Source of the DNA: Piromyces finnis finn
Taxonomy: Eukaryota; Fungi; Neocallimastigomycota
DNA length: 64,000 bases
Reading direction: 5' to 3'
NCBI GenBank assembly: GCA_002104945.1
Contig: MCFH01000075.1
Location: forward strand, 1 to 64,000
The notes below the pieces were generated by a model, which did not search any database, was not told the origin of the DNA, and saw only the letters and a list, made by a program, of their open reading frames with translations. A program made the position numbers and the translations under genes. Below are positions 34,348 to 46,499 of the stretch, piece by piece. Numbering within the stretch: position 1 is the first letter of the stretch; every line of letters begins with the position of its first letter.

Positions 34348-37300
34348 GGCATCAAATATTTTAAACTTTATTATTAATTTAATTAAAATTATAATACATG
34401 TAATAAAAAATTAAAAAATAAAAATAAAAATAAAAAAAATATGTTTAAATAAACACAAATGAATAAAATTTGGGTATAATGTATTCTAGTAATTTTAATT
34501 AAAGTAAGAAAGCCACTATCATACTAAAGTATAATAATTGTATTTGACTTCCAATGGGACACCGAGCCAAAGATCAAAATTTTGTCATGGAACAAAATTA
34601 TGATCTCCATTGGTTGCGCTGGCCCTCCTGGCCTGTCTTACTGTTTCTTCAGCATTGACGCTCTTGGATGTTGCTTCAAACCTTTTGAACATTGACCATT
34701 GCTGGCCAATAGCAAAAGGCATGATTTTGGTTAGAAGTTCCGCGGTTACCGTCAAGAATGGTGCTCCTTCATTAGTACCAGATTGAATCTGACGCTTACA
34801 AAGTTCTTTCCATTCCCTTGAATTGTAATTAATATTGTTAAAACTTCTTCCCCCAAGAAGGAATTTAAATATTTTACTGCACACACTAGAATAATCATAC
34901 ACATTAATATTCACCGGATTATTAGAACTATTACTATCATTAACTAAATTACTATCTAAATTAGAATTATTATCTTCACTATTGCTATCATTATTAATAT
35001 TATTATTTCTATTACTACTATTGTTATTATTACTATTTCTATTATTACTATTACTACTATTGTTATTATTACTATTGTTATTATTACTATTGTTATTATT
35101 ATTATTGTTACTATTACTATTATTGTTATTGCTATCTCTACTGATATTATCAATTTCATTATTATTGATAGGACTATTGGAATTACGTTGACTGAAAAAA
35201 TTTAATAGCTGGACTATGGAATCATAATGTTTAATACGGATATCTCTAAATGTTGGACAATCTAATAACCAATGTTTAATACTTTGATCTCCACACTTGC
35301 AACATGGACAGTAGTTAGGACAAACTGGATCAACAAATTTAGCAGCTTTGGCAACTCTAGCATCCAACTTGTATCCGCTTCTTGCTTTCAAGAGCCAGTA
35401 GAAGCCATAGGCAAACTCTGGGTACTCATAACATAATTTAATAAAATCTTTAGTTTCAATAAATTTATTATCATCATAATATTGCGCTTTGATTGAATTC
35501 CCTTTGAGATCTTTCCAATAAAAGTTTTTAACTGCTTTAACATCTCCATGCTTCTTTAGTTTTTTATCAAGTGTCCTACTTGATTTGCACCACGTGTATT
35601 TTCTAAATTTAGGAATGTAATTGACAAGGTGTGAGATAATACAATTTGAGTTTTTCCATTTGTTAAAACATCTAACCTGAGCTAACGCACATTTGGCTGA
35701 CAATGGAGGAATATTCAAATCTTTTGAAATAGAGTATAAAGATATAAACGATACAGCTTTATGAACTCCGGCAACCCATCGTATTCCTTTGTTAACATGC
35801 TTCTGAGCAATCCTAGACCTAGCTTTGTTGGATCCAAGTAATGGTGCAAAGTATGAAACTCTGCTAATCACTTGTGAGTTAAGTACTAGTTTTTTGAAAG
35901 GAATAGGAATATTAGGATTTCTTAAGAATTTACTGACTGAGAAAAGCCCTTTCAAAACCTTGTTATTAAGAGCTTTAATTACTGGTTTAAGGGACAGATT
36001 CTTATCAAATGGAACACCAAGATAAGTGTAGCAGTCAGTAGTTGGAATGGGTTGTCCTGCTAAGTAAAATGTTGGATCTCTCTTGTTCTGATTTTCTATT
36101 GATTCAGGACAAATCACCATCGTTGAACATTTCTGGATACCAAATTCCATTTCATTATACAAGGCCCATTCATTAACTCTTCTAAGCATCTTTTTTAAGC
36201 ATCCTCTTGTTGGAGCACAAATAACTATATCATCTGCAAAAAGTCCACCACAGCATCGAGTGTCACCTAAACTAACTCCGAGATCTTCACACTCTTTAAA
36301 TATATCATTAATAAAGAGATTAAAAAGAATAGGCGAAAGTGGGCAACCTTGACGGACTCCTTTCTTCACATCAAAAGATTTCGAGAATTGTCCATCTAAT
36401 TTGACATTAGCCTTAGATGTTAAATATAAATTTTTGATAAATTGTAAACTCTTACCTCGGATTCCTAAACAATCTAATTTATGGAGAATATTACCGATTG
36501 GGACTGAATCGTATGCTTTCCTGAGATCTAAAAAGGCCAAATATGTCTCTTTATTATCTAATTGACGTCTACGGCATATTTCTTGGATTGAAATGAAAAG
36601 ACTGATACTTTCTTCCTTTTTTCGAAAACCAAATTGTTCAGGTCTAATGAAATTATTCTTTAGACCATATTCTGAGATTCTAGTGGTGACAATTTTGGAA
36701 ATCAACTTAATACCATTATTGATAAGTGATATACCTCGATAGTTATCACAATCTGTCAAATCTCCCTTCTTAGGAATAGAAACAATACTGGATTCATTCC
36801 ATGAGTTGGGGAAATCTCCATCCCAAATACGGTTAAATAATTTAAGAATAAAATTTAAACCATGAGCATCATTATCTGAAGTAGTATTACCAGAAGAATT
36901 ATTACCTGTAGCATTATTAGAATCATTACTTGATGGAATTAATGCTTTGTAAAATTCAATTGGAATACCATCCGGACCTGATGCTTTATAATTTGGAGTA
37001 GAGAGGATAGCTGACTTGACTTCATCAATACTAATATCTTGGTTGATATCCCACTCATCAAGCATAGGAAGTGAAAAACGTTTATTCGTTGGTTCTTCAT
37101 ACCAATGCTCTAAATCAAGACTTACACCACTTGGATCTGATGCAAGATTTTCGAAATGATCATGCCACACATCTAGTTGTTCTTCCGTAGCAACAACTAA
37201 TTCTCCATTTTTATTTTTAATTGGTTGAGCAATAAAGAAAGAATCTTTTCCAATTTTTGCAGTTTTCTTGATCCATTTCCAGGCCTTCTTAGGATTATGA

Positions 37301-39138
37301 CTCTTCATATACTCACATCCTGTTTTAATCCAATGAAGATATTCTTGCTTCCTAAATTCATTACATCTTTTGTGGATGTAATCAATGAGCTTACGGTAGA
37401 TTTTAATTCTTTTAATAAATTCATCTATATCATAAATTCTTTCTTTTTTAAATCTCTTATACAACTTCATTTTGATTTTTTGAAGATTAAAAATTTGTTG
37501 TGAAATATGAAATGAAGACTTTATAACATTATTTGCTGAAGTAATACTGAGCTCGTCTGCAATTGAAAAAGCAGTTGAAGTAAACTCTTTGGAAAGTTCA
37601 TCTGTAGAAACATTAGGATCGTTGAATTTTGCTGAAAGTATTTGGAATTTATTATGACTGATAATAGATTCCTTTTCCTCAATACATTTTAATCTATTCC
37701 ATTTCAGAATTTTCTTAGGAACATTAAAGTCATTAGAAAAATCTTCCATAGGAATAATTTTACCATTAATAAGAAGTGGCTTATGGTCTGATACAGGATA
37801 AAAATTATTTATAAATGATCCTGAGTGAATAAGATCTTTCATCTTCGAATTGATAAGAGCATGGTCAATGTCGGAAGATTGATCACCTCGAGTCCAAGAG
37901 ATAGTAGACCCTCTAAGCGGAAGAATTTCCCAATCTCCTAATCCATTAGTTGATAACCAGTTGGATAATTTTACTTTAGACATATTAAAATCACCAACAA
38001 GAATCGATGGATGGGATGAATGAGTTTGTAACCACAAGCGAACTTCTAACTTTGCATGATCAACATAGATGTTGTGATGACTATGAGGCATATAAACATT
38101 TCCAATCGAGCATTTGAATCTATTCCAGAGACTAAAAGTATAAATAGAAATAATATACTTTCCAGAGAAGTTTTCAAGTGAGGCTTGACACGAATTGTGA
38201 AAACCTAAATATAAACCTCTCATTCCAGGAACTGATTCGTCAGCTTTCTTGAAAAAGTGTCTATAGTTTCGCAAAGTAACACGACAAGGATAATCTGTAT
38301 TCGATCCAGAACCATTACCAGTTTCTTGGAAACATAAAAATAATGGTTTGAAAATAGCTGTGAAATAGCTAATACTATCTCTCTTTTCGTGATTCCACCC
38401 ATTGGTGTTCCAACTAAGACAAAAAGAAAAGTTATCAGGCTTGTTGGATGAGGAAGAATCGTTGCTATTATTATTATTATTAAAGTCATCGTTATTAATG
38501 GATGATGCATCAGAGGAATAAGTAGAACTATTACTAGATGGCTGTGAAACTGAAGAACTATCAACTATTGAACTGTTATCAGAGTTGATAGAACTATTAG
38601 AATTAATTGTTGAATGTTGAGATTGAAATTGTGTTTGCTGTAGATCTGGAATATTTTCATGATGGGAAACTTGTTGAAGATCTTGTTGAAGATCTTGTTG
38701 AAGATCGGATTGTTGATGAGATTGTTGAACTGATTGTTGAAATGATTGTTGAATAGAATGTTGATGTTTATTAGAAACTAAAATTTTACGTTTGAGAGTG
38801 GAAAAAGTGTATTTGTGATTCCTTCTACTACGAGCTGAAAAGGAAATTGAGGTAACTGAAAGTTTCTTCTTTAACATGTGTAAGATTTTAATACAATCTT
38901 TTGATGAACCATGAACCTTGACTAAGAAAAAGTGATCATTGAAAGTCTGAAAATATTTAACACTAATAACTGAATTAAATTTATCTTCTAGAATAACCTC
39001 GAGTTTTTCCCATAGCATATTTACTGACCATGATCGAATACCACGGATAAAGAAGGAGCGAATATCATCTAAGGGGATACCAAAAGACCGGGTACCACGT
39101 CTGATATAATTCTTATTTTTAATATAAAGGACTGACAT
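34314..39138 (-). mobile_element. APE-type non-LTR retrotransposon (LINE) with a full ORF; 5' boundary unresolved (at or beyond 39138)
   Basis: Poly(A) at 34314-34344, a ~240-bp 3' UTR and a single long ORF. Confidence 0.93.
34585..39138 (-). CDS. LINE polyprotein: N-terminal domain, AP endonuclease, RT, C-terminal CCHC
   Basis: CLSWNTNG, CFQET, LVGDFN, IDHAL, VSDHKPL endonuclease; GVRQGCPLSPILF, LFADDI RT; CPCCKCGDQSIKHWLLDC zinc knuckle. Confidence 0.96.
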   Translation of the reverse strand: MSVLYIKNKNYIRRGTRSFGIPLDDIRSFFIRGIRSWSVNMLWEKLEVILEDKFNSVISVKYFQTFNDHFFLVKVHGSSKDCIKILHMLKKKLSVTSISFSARSRRNHKYTFSTLKRKILVSNKHQHSIQQSFQQSVQQSHQQSDLQQDLQQDLQQVSHHENIPDLQQTQFQSQHSTINSNSSINSDNSSIVDSSSVSQPSSNSSTYSSDASSINNDDFNNNNNSNDSSSSNKPDNFSFCLSWNTNGWNHEKRDSISYFTAIFKPLFLCFQETGNGSGSNTDYPCRVTLRNYRHFFKKADESVPGMRGLYLGFHNSCQASLENFSGKYIISIYTFSLWNRFKCSIGNVYMPHSHHNIYVDHAKLEVRLWLQTHSSHPSILVGDFNMSKVKLSNWLSTNGLGDWEILPLRGSTISWTRGDQSSDIDHALINSKMKDLIHSGSFINNFYPVSDHKPLLINGKIIPMEDFSNDFNVPKKILKWNRLKCIEEKESIISHNKFQILSAKFNDPNVSTDELSKEFTSTAFSIADELSITSANNVIKSSFHISQQIFNLQKIKMKLYKRFKKERIYDIDEFIKRIKIYRKLIDYIHKRCNEFRKQEYLHWIKTGCEYMKSHNPKKAWKWIKKTAKIGKDSFFIAQPIKNKNGELVVATEEQLDVWHDHFENLASDPSGVSLDLEHWYEEPTNKRFSLPMLDEWDINQDISIDEVKSAILSTPNYKASGPDGIPIEFYKALIPSSNDSNNATGNNSSGNTTSDNDAHGLNFILKLFNRIWDGDFPNSWNESSIVSIPKKGDLTDCDNYRGISLINNGIKLISKIVTTRISEYGLKNNFIRPEQFGFRKKEESISLFISIQEICRRRQLDNKETYLAFLDLRKAYDSVPIGNILHKLDCLGIRGKSLQFIKNLYLTSKANVKLDGQFSKSFDVKKGVRQGCPLSPILFNLFINDIFKECEDLGVSLGDTRCCGGLFADDIVICAPTRGCLKKMLRRVNEWALYNEMEFGIQKCSTMVICPESIENQNKRDPTFYLAGQPIPTTDCYTYLGVPFDKNLSLKPVIKALNNKVLKGLFSVSKFLRNPNIPIPFKKLVLNSQVISRVSYFAPLLGSNKARSRIAQKHVNKGIRWVAGVHKAVSFISLYSISKDLNIPPLSAKCALAQVRCFNKWKNSNCIISHLVNYIPKFRKYTWCKSSRTLDKKLKKHGDVKAVKNFYWKDLKGNSIKAQYYDDNKFIETKDFIKLCYEYPEFAYGFYWLLKARSGYKLDARVAKAAKFVDPVCPNYCPCCKCGDQSIKHWLLDCPTFRDIRIKHYDSIVQLLNFFSQRNSNSPINNNEIDNISRDSNNNNSNSNNNNNNNSNNNNSNNNNSSNSNNRNSNNNNSSNRNNNINNDSNSEDNNSNLDSNLVNDSNSSNNPVNINVYDYSSVCSKIFKFLLGGRSFNNINYNSREWKELCKRQIQSGTNEGAPFLTVTAELLTKIMPFAIGQQWSMFKRFEATSKSVNAEETVRQARRASATNGDHNFVP

Positions 39139-40686
39139 GATAATTAATTCTAATTAAAAAATATTGAATATAAAATAAATACTAATAAAAATTACAAATA
39201 TAACGTATATGGAAAAAAATCTGTCTCTCTCTCTCTTCTTAAAAGTACTGGATAGTACAAAAATTGTTACGATGCTTTGTTTAAAGTTTCTTTTTTTTTT
39301 TTTTTTTTTGAATTCTAGTTGTAAATTTTCTTTAAAAATTCTAGTTTTGGTTTGTTGTTAGTAAATTCGATTCGCTTTTTGACACTAAAATTGTTTGACT
39401 TTACTTTTCATTAAATATTTAAATTTGTAAAAATTTGAATCAAGAATGTCGACACCAGAAAGCTTGTGAATAGTATTTTTACATGATGTAGAGTGAATCA
39501 GTCTCTTACAAGAAACAATACAACAATAGCTACATGAATATAAAAATACAATGCAAATGCTAAAGTTGACTACATTGGATTCTTACAAGAGAAGAGTAGT
39601 ACTACATGAATACATGAATAAAAGAAAAAAATACAGCAACAAAATGTATTACTCTTCTAATTAAATACTATACAAACTTACCTGAGTATCAAACATTCAA
39701 CTTATTCATCAAATACTTAAATTCGATGAATAAAATGTTTTTTAATCGCTCAGTACCATGAGCTTAGTCCTAATAATTTTCCCTTAAAGACTAACCAAGC
39801 ATCCATTGCGCAATGCTTGGATTTAATTCTTTCTACTCTCTCAGTACCATGAGCATGAGTAGACCCCCTTGAGAAACTACATTTATTAAATAAATGAAGG
39901 CACGTTCCCAAGAGGGTTGTGTTATAGATATGACTTGACCACTTAAAGGTCTTCTTAGGCTTTCTATTCAATAAAAGTTTTTAATTTTTAATTTTATATA
40001 TGTAATAGGATATTCTTTATTAGAGTAAAGAAAGTGAAATATTGACTAAAGTTTTGAAATAATATATAAGATAAAAAAAAAATTAAAAGGGATATTTATT
40101 TAAGTTTATACTTTTTTATATTAAATATGCTTAACATTTAAATATAATTTTATTCTATTTCAACTTCAATTAAAATTATAAGAAATTAAATAAAAGAAAA
40201 GAAAAGAAAAAAAAAACATATATATTTTTTTTATAATAAATATTTTATTTTTTTTATTTTATTTTATTTTTTTATGATTTTTGTTATATCGTTGTAAATT
40301 TCGTAGTAATCGTATTTAAAATTATATTATAATCATTTAATTTTATTAGATGAATTATATAATTTTTTTATATAATAAGTATAAAATTATATATATTACA
40401 AACTCTATCACATATATATATAATTTTATAATATATATACAAATATATATTACAATTTTTTTTTTTTTTATTTTTTTTTTAAAAAAAAAGTTTTAATTTT
40501 ATAATAAACTTTCTAAAATAGTTTCATTTATAAAATATACTTTTTCTTTTATATATATATTTTGTTTTATTATTTTTGAATTTTTATAAAAACAAAAATA
40601 TTTTTTTATTATGGTATGAATTTTTTTTTCATTTTTTTAAAGAAAAAATTTCTTCATACTATATATAATTTTTAGGATTAAAAGAC

Positions 40687-42641
40687 TTAAGCTTCGTGGA
40701 AGAAGGATGGAAGAGCATCGTAGATGTAGTGCTTAACGTATCCCCACCAGTGAGTCTTACCTGGAGCAACTAAGTAATAGAAGTTACCCTTAGAGAAGTC
40801 AGAAGTGTAAACAAATGGATCCATCTTCTTCATTTCATCCATTTGTGGATTCATGTTTGGATAAGCGATATCTTCAGAACCAGTAGCACAGAAGATAAAG
40901 AATTCATTCTTCTTTAAACCGAATCTGTTAACAGCATCGGCAATAGACTTGGCCTTACCATATCCACCGTTAGCTTCCCAGTTATCACCACTAAGTGGCA
41001 TGTAGTAAGCACAAATATCTAAGCAGTTAACAAGAACAGCCCAAGTAGAAGCAGAACCCATAGAGAAACCACCGTAAGCTCTGTGCATTCTAGAAGCCTT
41101 GATATCACTAGCAGAAGTAGATTTAGCGTAAGTAGAGTATTTTCCTTCAACGAATGGGATGACAGATTCACGGAATTCCTTGTAGAAAGTACGAGCTTCA
41201 CACTTGTTGAAAGTTGGGGTAACAACAATCAATGGTTCAAGTTCACCATTCATAATTTGATGGTCAAGAATGTTTTGAAGTTTAACATCATCACTGAAAA
41301 TGGTGTTTTCATTTTCACCACCACCATGCATAAGATAGAAGATGTTGTATTGTTTGTTCTTGTCATATCCGTATGGTAAGTAAACATTTAAAGTGTTACC
41401 ACCGTTGACACCATTGTAACTTTCCTTAATAATTCTACCGGCTTGTTGGCATGGTTGTTGGTAGTTGTATGGGGCTTCCTTGAATTGCATGTTAGCAACA
41501 TAACTGAAATTGGAAGATGGTCTTGGTGGGTTAATTTCTTCTTCAGAAGGAGCAGAGGTAGATTCAATAACCCAAGTTTGGTTGCTCTTTTCACCATTTT
41601 CCCATTGTAAAATGTTACTTCCATCGGCAGTACCTTCACTTTCAATATCAAGAACCTTAGTACCACTACTGGCCTTAGTACCAATAACGTAAACATTATT
41701 CTTTGAGGTATTTAAGAAGATAAATTGTTGAGCATCACCACCATGAGAAGTGTAGATTTGAAGGTTAGCTCCATTCTTGGAATCACCATTGGCAACATCT
41801 AACATGTAATTTCCGTACATACTAACTAAGGTGACATATCCATTATCAACATTAGTAAGTTTCCATTTTTGAGCACTTGAACCAATGACAACATTAGCAC
41901 TGTCACCAGCTCTTCCGTTACTAACTTGAAGATATTTTCCAGATCCAGTGTTCTTAATAGTATACCAACCATCACTGAATTTAACATTACTTGAGTTACC
42001 TTTTTTAATATTAATTTATTATTACCATTTTAGATTTTATTTTTAAAAATATATAAATATATAATATTACTATTAATATATATTAAACCTTTAATTAATA
42101 TCTAATAATAATAATAATAATTTATATATACCTCCAGTAGCATTGGAATTACCAGAGAAGCAAGAATCCTTAATACCACACCAATTGTTCTTTTCAATAC
42201 CCCACTTTCCTTCAGCGGTTTCTTCAACAACTTCACATCCTTCACAGCACATATATTCTGGGAAAGAGAAACAATTGTTATCACTTTTGTTTTCACACTT
42301 GGAACCAATTACTAAAAGTATTTTTATTATTTAAAATATCATATATAATATGTTAATAAACATTTAATATTAATAGCAATAAATAAAGTTAATATTCTTT
42401 TTTTTTTTTTTTTAATTTCAAAATTATAATTTTTTTTTTAACAAAACCAATTATTCTTAATAATATTAATTTTATAGGTTTTATTGTATTATTTATTCAA
42501 CGTACAACACCAGTCATTGTTTTCAACACCCCATTTGGAATCATCAACATATACAACATTACAACCTTGGCATTCGTCGTAAGCAAGGGCAACTTTAGAA
42601 CCAATACCCACTAATAATAAAGCAGCAGATAAAAACTTCAT
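40687..42641 (-). CDS. Secreted cellulosomal CE1 esterase (feruloyl-esterase-like): signal peptide, 2 fungal dockerins (CBM10), ricin-type beta-trefoil, alpha/beta hydrolase; 3 exons (42641-42506, 42311-42132, 41999-40687)
   Basis: The exons join in frame across GT-AG introns. Motifs: MKFLSAALLLVG signal, KWGVENNDWC and KWGIEKNNWC dockerins, QKW/QQF/QTW ricin repeats, GFSMG nucleophile, GSEDIAY and THWW. From memory it closely resembles the Clostridium thermocellum XynY/Xyn10B FAE domain. Confidence 0.92.
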
Positions 42642-45600
42642 TTTCTTATGACTTCTAAAAATTATATATATTGTTTTTTTTTTTTATATTTATTTATTTA
42701 TTCTATTTTATTTTTTATTTTTTTTTTTAAAAAAATAAACTTTTTTCTATTATATTAATTATTAATATTAAAAGAAAAAATAGAATGAAGAAAAAAAAAA
42801 TATTACAGGAAAAATAAAGCAATTTATATAACAAAAAAAATATTTTTTTTTTCCTTATTTTAAAGTTTAATTATCATGATAGTATTATTGAATGACAATC
42901 TTTTTTTTAAAAAAGAAATATAATTATTTTTTTAATAAAAATAAAATTAAATTAATATTAAAAATCTTATTTATTATTAAAATCAAAATAATTCTAATTA
43001 TTATATCTTTCCACCTTATTAATAAAAAAAAATATTAAATGCATTATTTTAATTTTTTTATCATTGTATCATAATAATCCTATTCGAAATAAAAATGAAT
43101 AATTTTTTATTATTGCAAATCAAAATAACTTTATCTATAATTAAATTAATAATTTATTTTTTGTATACAAATTTAATTAAGTTGTATCAAAACCTTATTT
43201 CATAATAAAATAGTTGAAAAAATGGAAAGATTTTGGTAGTAATACATTTTTTTTAATTGACTATTCAACCTTAATGATTATTATTTTTAGAAGGATATTT
43301 TATTAAATTATTATTATCTTTATTATTACTACTATTAAAATTAAATTAAAAAATAATTAAAATAATAAATAAATTAATTCCTATAGAAAAAGAAATAAAT
43401 AATAAGGTTACTTAGCACACACAACATCAATATGAGATTTATTAAATATTTAGATCAAAAAGGATCAAAAGAAAATTAAAGTATTTACCACCATCAAAAT
43501 ATTTATTATCCTTAAATATAAATAAAATATAAATTTATAAATTAATTAATATATATAGATTAATCATACCTTTAAATCTAATTAATTATTTATATAATAA
43601 TTAATAAAATATATAAATTAACAATATTTTATAAATGAATGTATACAAAATTAATTTATAAATTCTATTTAAATTTTATTATAATAAAATGACTTTGATG
43701 ATGTATTTACTCATTGATCTACTTAATCATAAATTTAATCTTTATTAAAAACATTTTTTTTATTTAATATCAATTATTTATTATTCCATTTTATTATTTA
43801 ATAAAATTTTATTATTCATTTATGTGACAAATACATAAAAGTATACCACAAGAAATATTATTTTAATTTTCTTTTTTTGGAAAGATTTTCACCTAGATGA
43901 TAAAAAATAGCTCAATACAACATTTTAGTAATAAATAAAGTTTAATATTTAATATCTAAAATAATTAATTTAATAAAAATTTATCCTTTATTAAATTTTA
44001 TTTATAATTGTAAAAAAAAATAAATTTATTATTTTTATTTTTTAATTAATTTTTAATTTAAAATGTTAAAATAAGGAAAAAAAAAAGTGTCATGCGGTGA
44101 AAAAAATGAGCATTTTATCAATATATTGTCTTATTTAAATAATAATAACAGCGATATTTTAAATATTTTGTGCTTTTTTATTTTAATATATCATTTAATT
44201 TTCCTTTTTTGACATATTTTAATGACAAAAAAGATTGACAATTAAATAATTTCCATCTCAACTATAATAAATAAAAAAGATTTATTAACCCTAATAAATT
44301 TAATAAATTTTATGGTGGTTAACATTTTGTTGGAAAAAAAAAAATAAAATTAATTAGAAAAAATTAAGGGAAAATAAAAAAAAATTAAATTTAATAAAAA
44401 AAGTATCGTTGTTTTTTCTTTAATATATCAAAAACATTATTGTTAGATTAAAAGGAAAAAAAATAAATTTAATAATTGAAAGTTTAATTATGAGTAAATG
44501 TTTTTCTCTTTAAAAAAAAAAATTAAAACTTTAATATATATTATTTTTAATATTAAAAAAAGTATTATTATTATTTATTTAATAAAAGATATTTTATTTC
44601 GATGAGCAGCATTGCTTAAATTCTACAAACATCATTTCTAATATATAGAAAAAAAAAAGATTAAACAGTACATGGCATGTGTTGTATAATTATATAAAAA
44701 GAGCTATGATATAATACATAATACTACTATCTCATAAAAAAAAAAAAGTTTTGATAATACTCCAACTCTTATGCTATATATTAAAAACAAAAAGAACTTA
44801 TTAAAAGGAAAGAAGAAAATTTTAGTATTAAATATAATTTAAAAAAAAAAAAAATAAATGAAAAATATGATGCATTATAATAAACTATTTTTTTGAATTT
44901 AAAAATATAATTATTATTGTAAATAAAAATAAAATATTTAGAAAAAAGTTCATGATTTTCTTTTTATTATTTAAAGTTTGATGGTATATAAAATATAAAA
45001 TGAAAAAAGACAATATAATGTTAATCAAGAAAAAATAATAATTTAAATATTTTTAACAAAGTTATTATTGTTTATTTTCATTATTATTACTATTATTATA
45101 TATTATTTGTTGTTCTTATTTTTATATTTCCCAAAAAATTCTATATAAAAATAATCAATTCAGAACTATTTCTTTCTAAAACTCTTAATTTTTAGTTATT
45201 TTAAAAGAAAAAGATAAAAAAGAAATATATACGATTCATCTATTAAAGTTCCGCTTTATTAAACTTTTTTCAAACTCATCTTTATTTGGAAAGTGGATAA
45301 GTTACTTTGATTAATATTAATTACTAACAAATCATTTTTATTTATTCATTCTAATATATTAATATAAATTAAAAATGCAGCTTTTAATAGTTAATATGGA
45401 ATTCCTATAGATTTTCCAACATTCTATCCACTTGTACGTGTATAAATAGAAAGGCGGATTATATATTCTTTTAAAAAATATGTAAATGTAAATGGATGAA
45501 AAAATTTCTTATGTACATTAGTACAATGTATTTAATTAATGTAATAATTAATGTAAAGACATACCTTTATTGTATACATTATATTCATTACATATTTGCA

Positions 45601-46499
45601 TCTTTTTCAATCATTAATTCATTCATATAAATAAACCAAACAATGCCATTAAAAGTTTACAAGCCATTTAGTTTTTGCCTTTACGTACTATTCAAAGAAT
45701 TATAATAATAATAATAATAAAAAAAAAAAAGACCCTTTTTCATTCGATTTTTATTTTAATAAAAAAAAATTTTATATTAATATTGGTTTTAAACAATAAC
45801 TTTAATGGCGTCTTTTCCTTAGATATGAAATTATTCTCTTAATAAAAAATATTTTTTATTACTATTAAAAATACTTTTAAAACCTAATATTTTAATATTT
45901 TATATTAATAACTTATATATTTCATTCCATTAAACCATGTTTACTTTTTCTATTATCTAATATTTAAAATATATATATATATATAATAATAATAATAAAT
46001 TTTTATTATATAATAAATAATTTTATAAAGTATAGAAAATTGACTTGGTCCTAATAATTTACCTAAATTTATAACCACAAATTTGTTTAGATATTTAATA
46101 TTGTTTATATTAAAATGAATGGCTTTTTCATAATTAATTCGTTTTCTATTATTAATTTTAAAATAGTTATATATTATTTAATCTTTTAATTATAAAAAAA
46201 AGTTTGTGTTTATTATAAATAGGAACTAAAACGTTTCTTTTTTTTTTTTTTTTTTCTTTATTCTTGTTTTGTTAAAATTGAACCTTTTTTTATTATTATC
46301 AATAAAAAGAGAAAATATATATATATAAAAATTTATAATAAATTATTATAATTTTAAATATATAATGATTCATTATTAGAAAATATAACATTGTTTAATA
46401 GTGAATTGAAATTCAAAAAAAAAAAAAATATATATATATATAGGGATAGATTATAACAATAATTTTATAAAAATTGAAATTTCAAAAATAATATAAAAA

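Noticed and set aside
33414-34355. 313-aa ORF beginning MMPLKKKK
   Set aside because: It is a chance in-frame read from the 3' UTR and poly(A) of one LINE into the truncated second LINE; its length depends on a homopolymer.
33811-35191. Poly-Leu and Ile/Val ORFs
   Set aside because: They are alternative frames of the LINE Asn/Ser microsatellite-like tract.
39750-39971. 73-aa ORF as LINE ORF1 or the missing 5' exon of the 31889-33149 gene
   Set aside because: It has no signal peptide, RNA-binding motif or matching target-site sequence; the region looks structured and non-coding.
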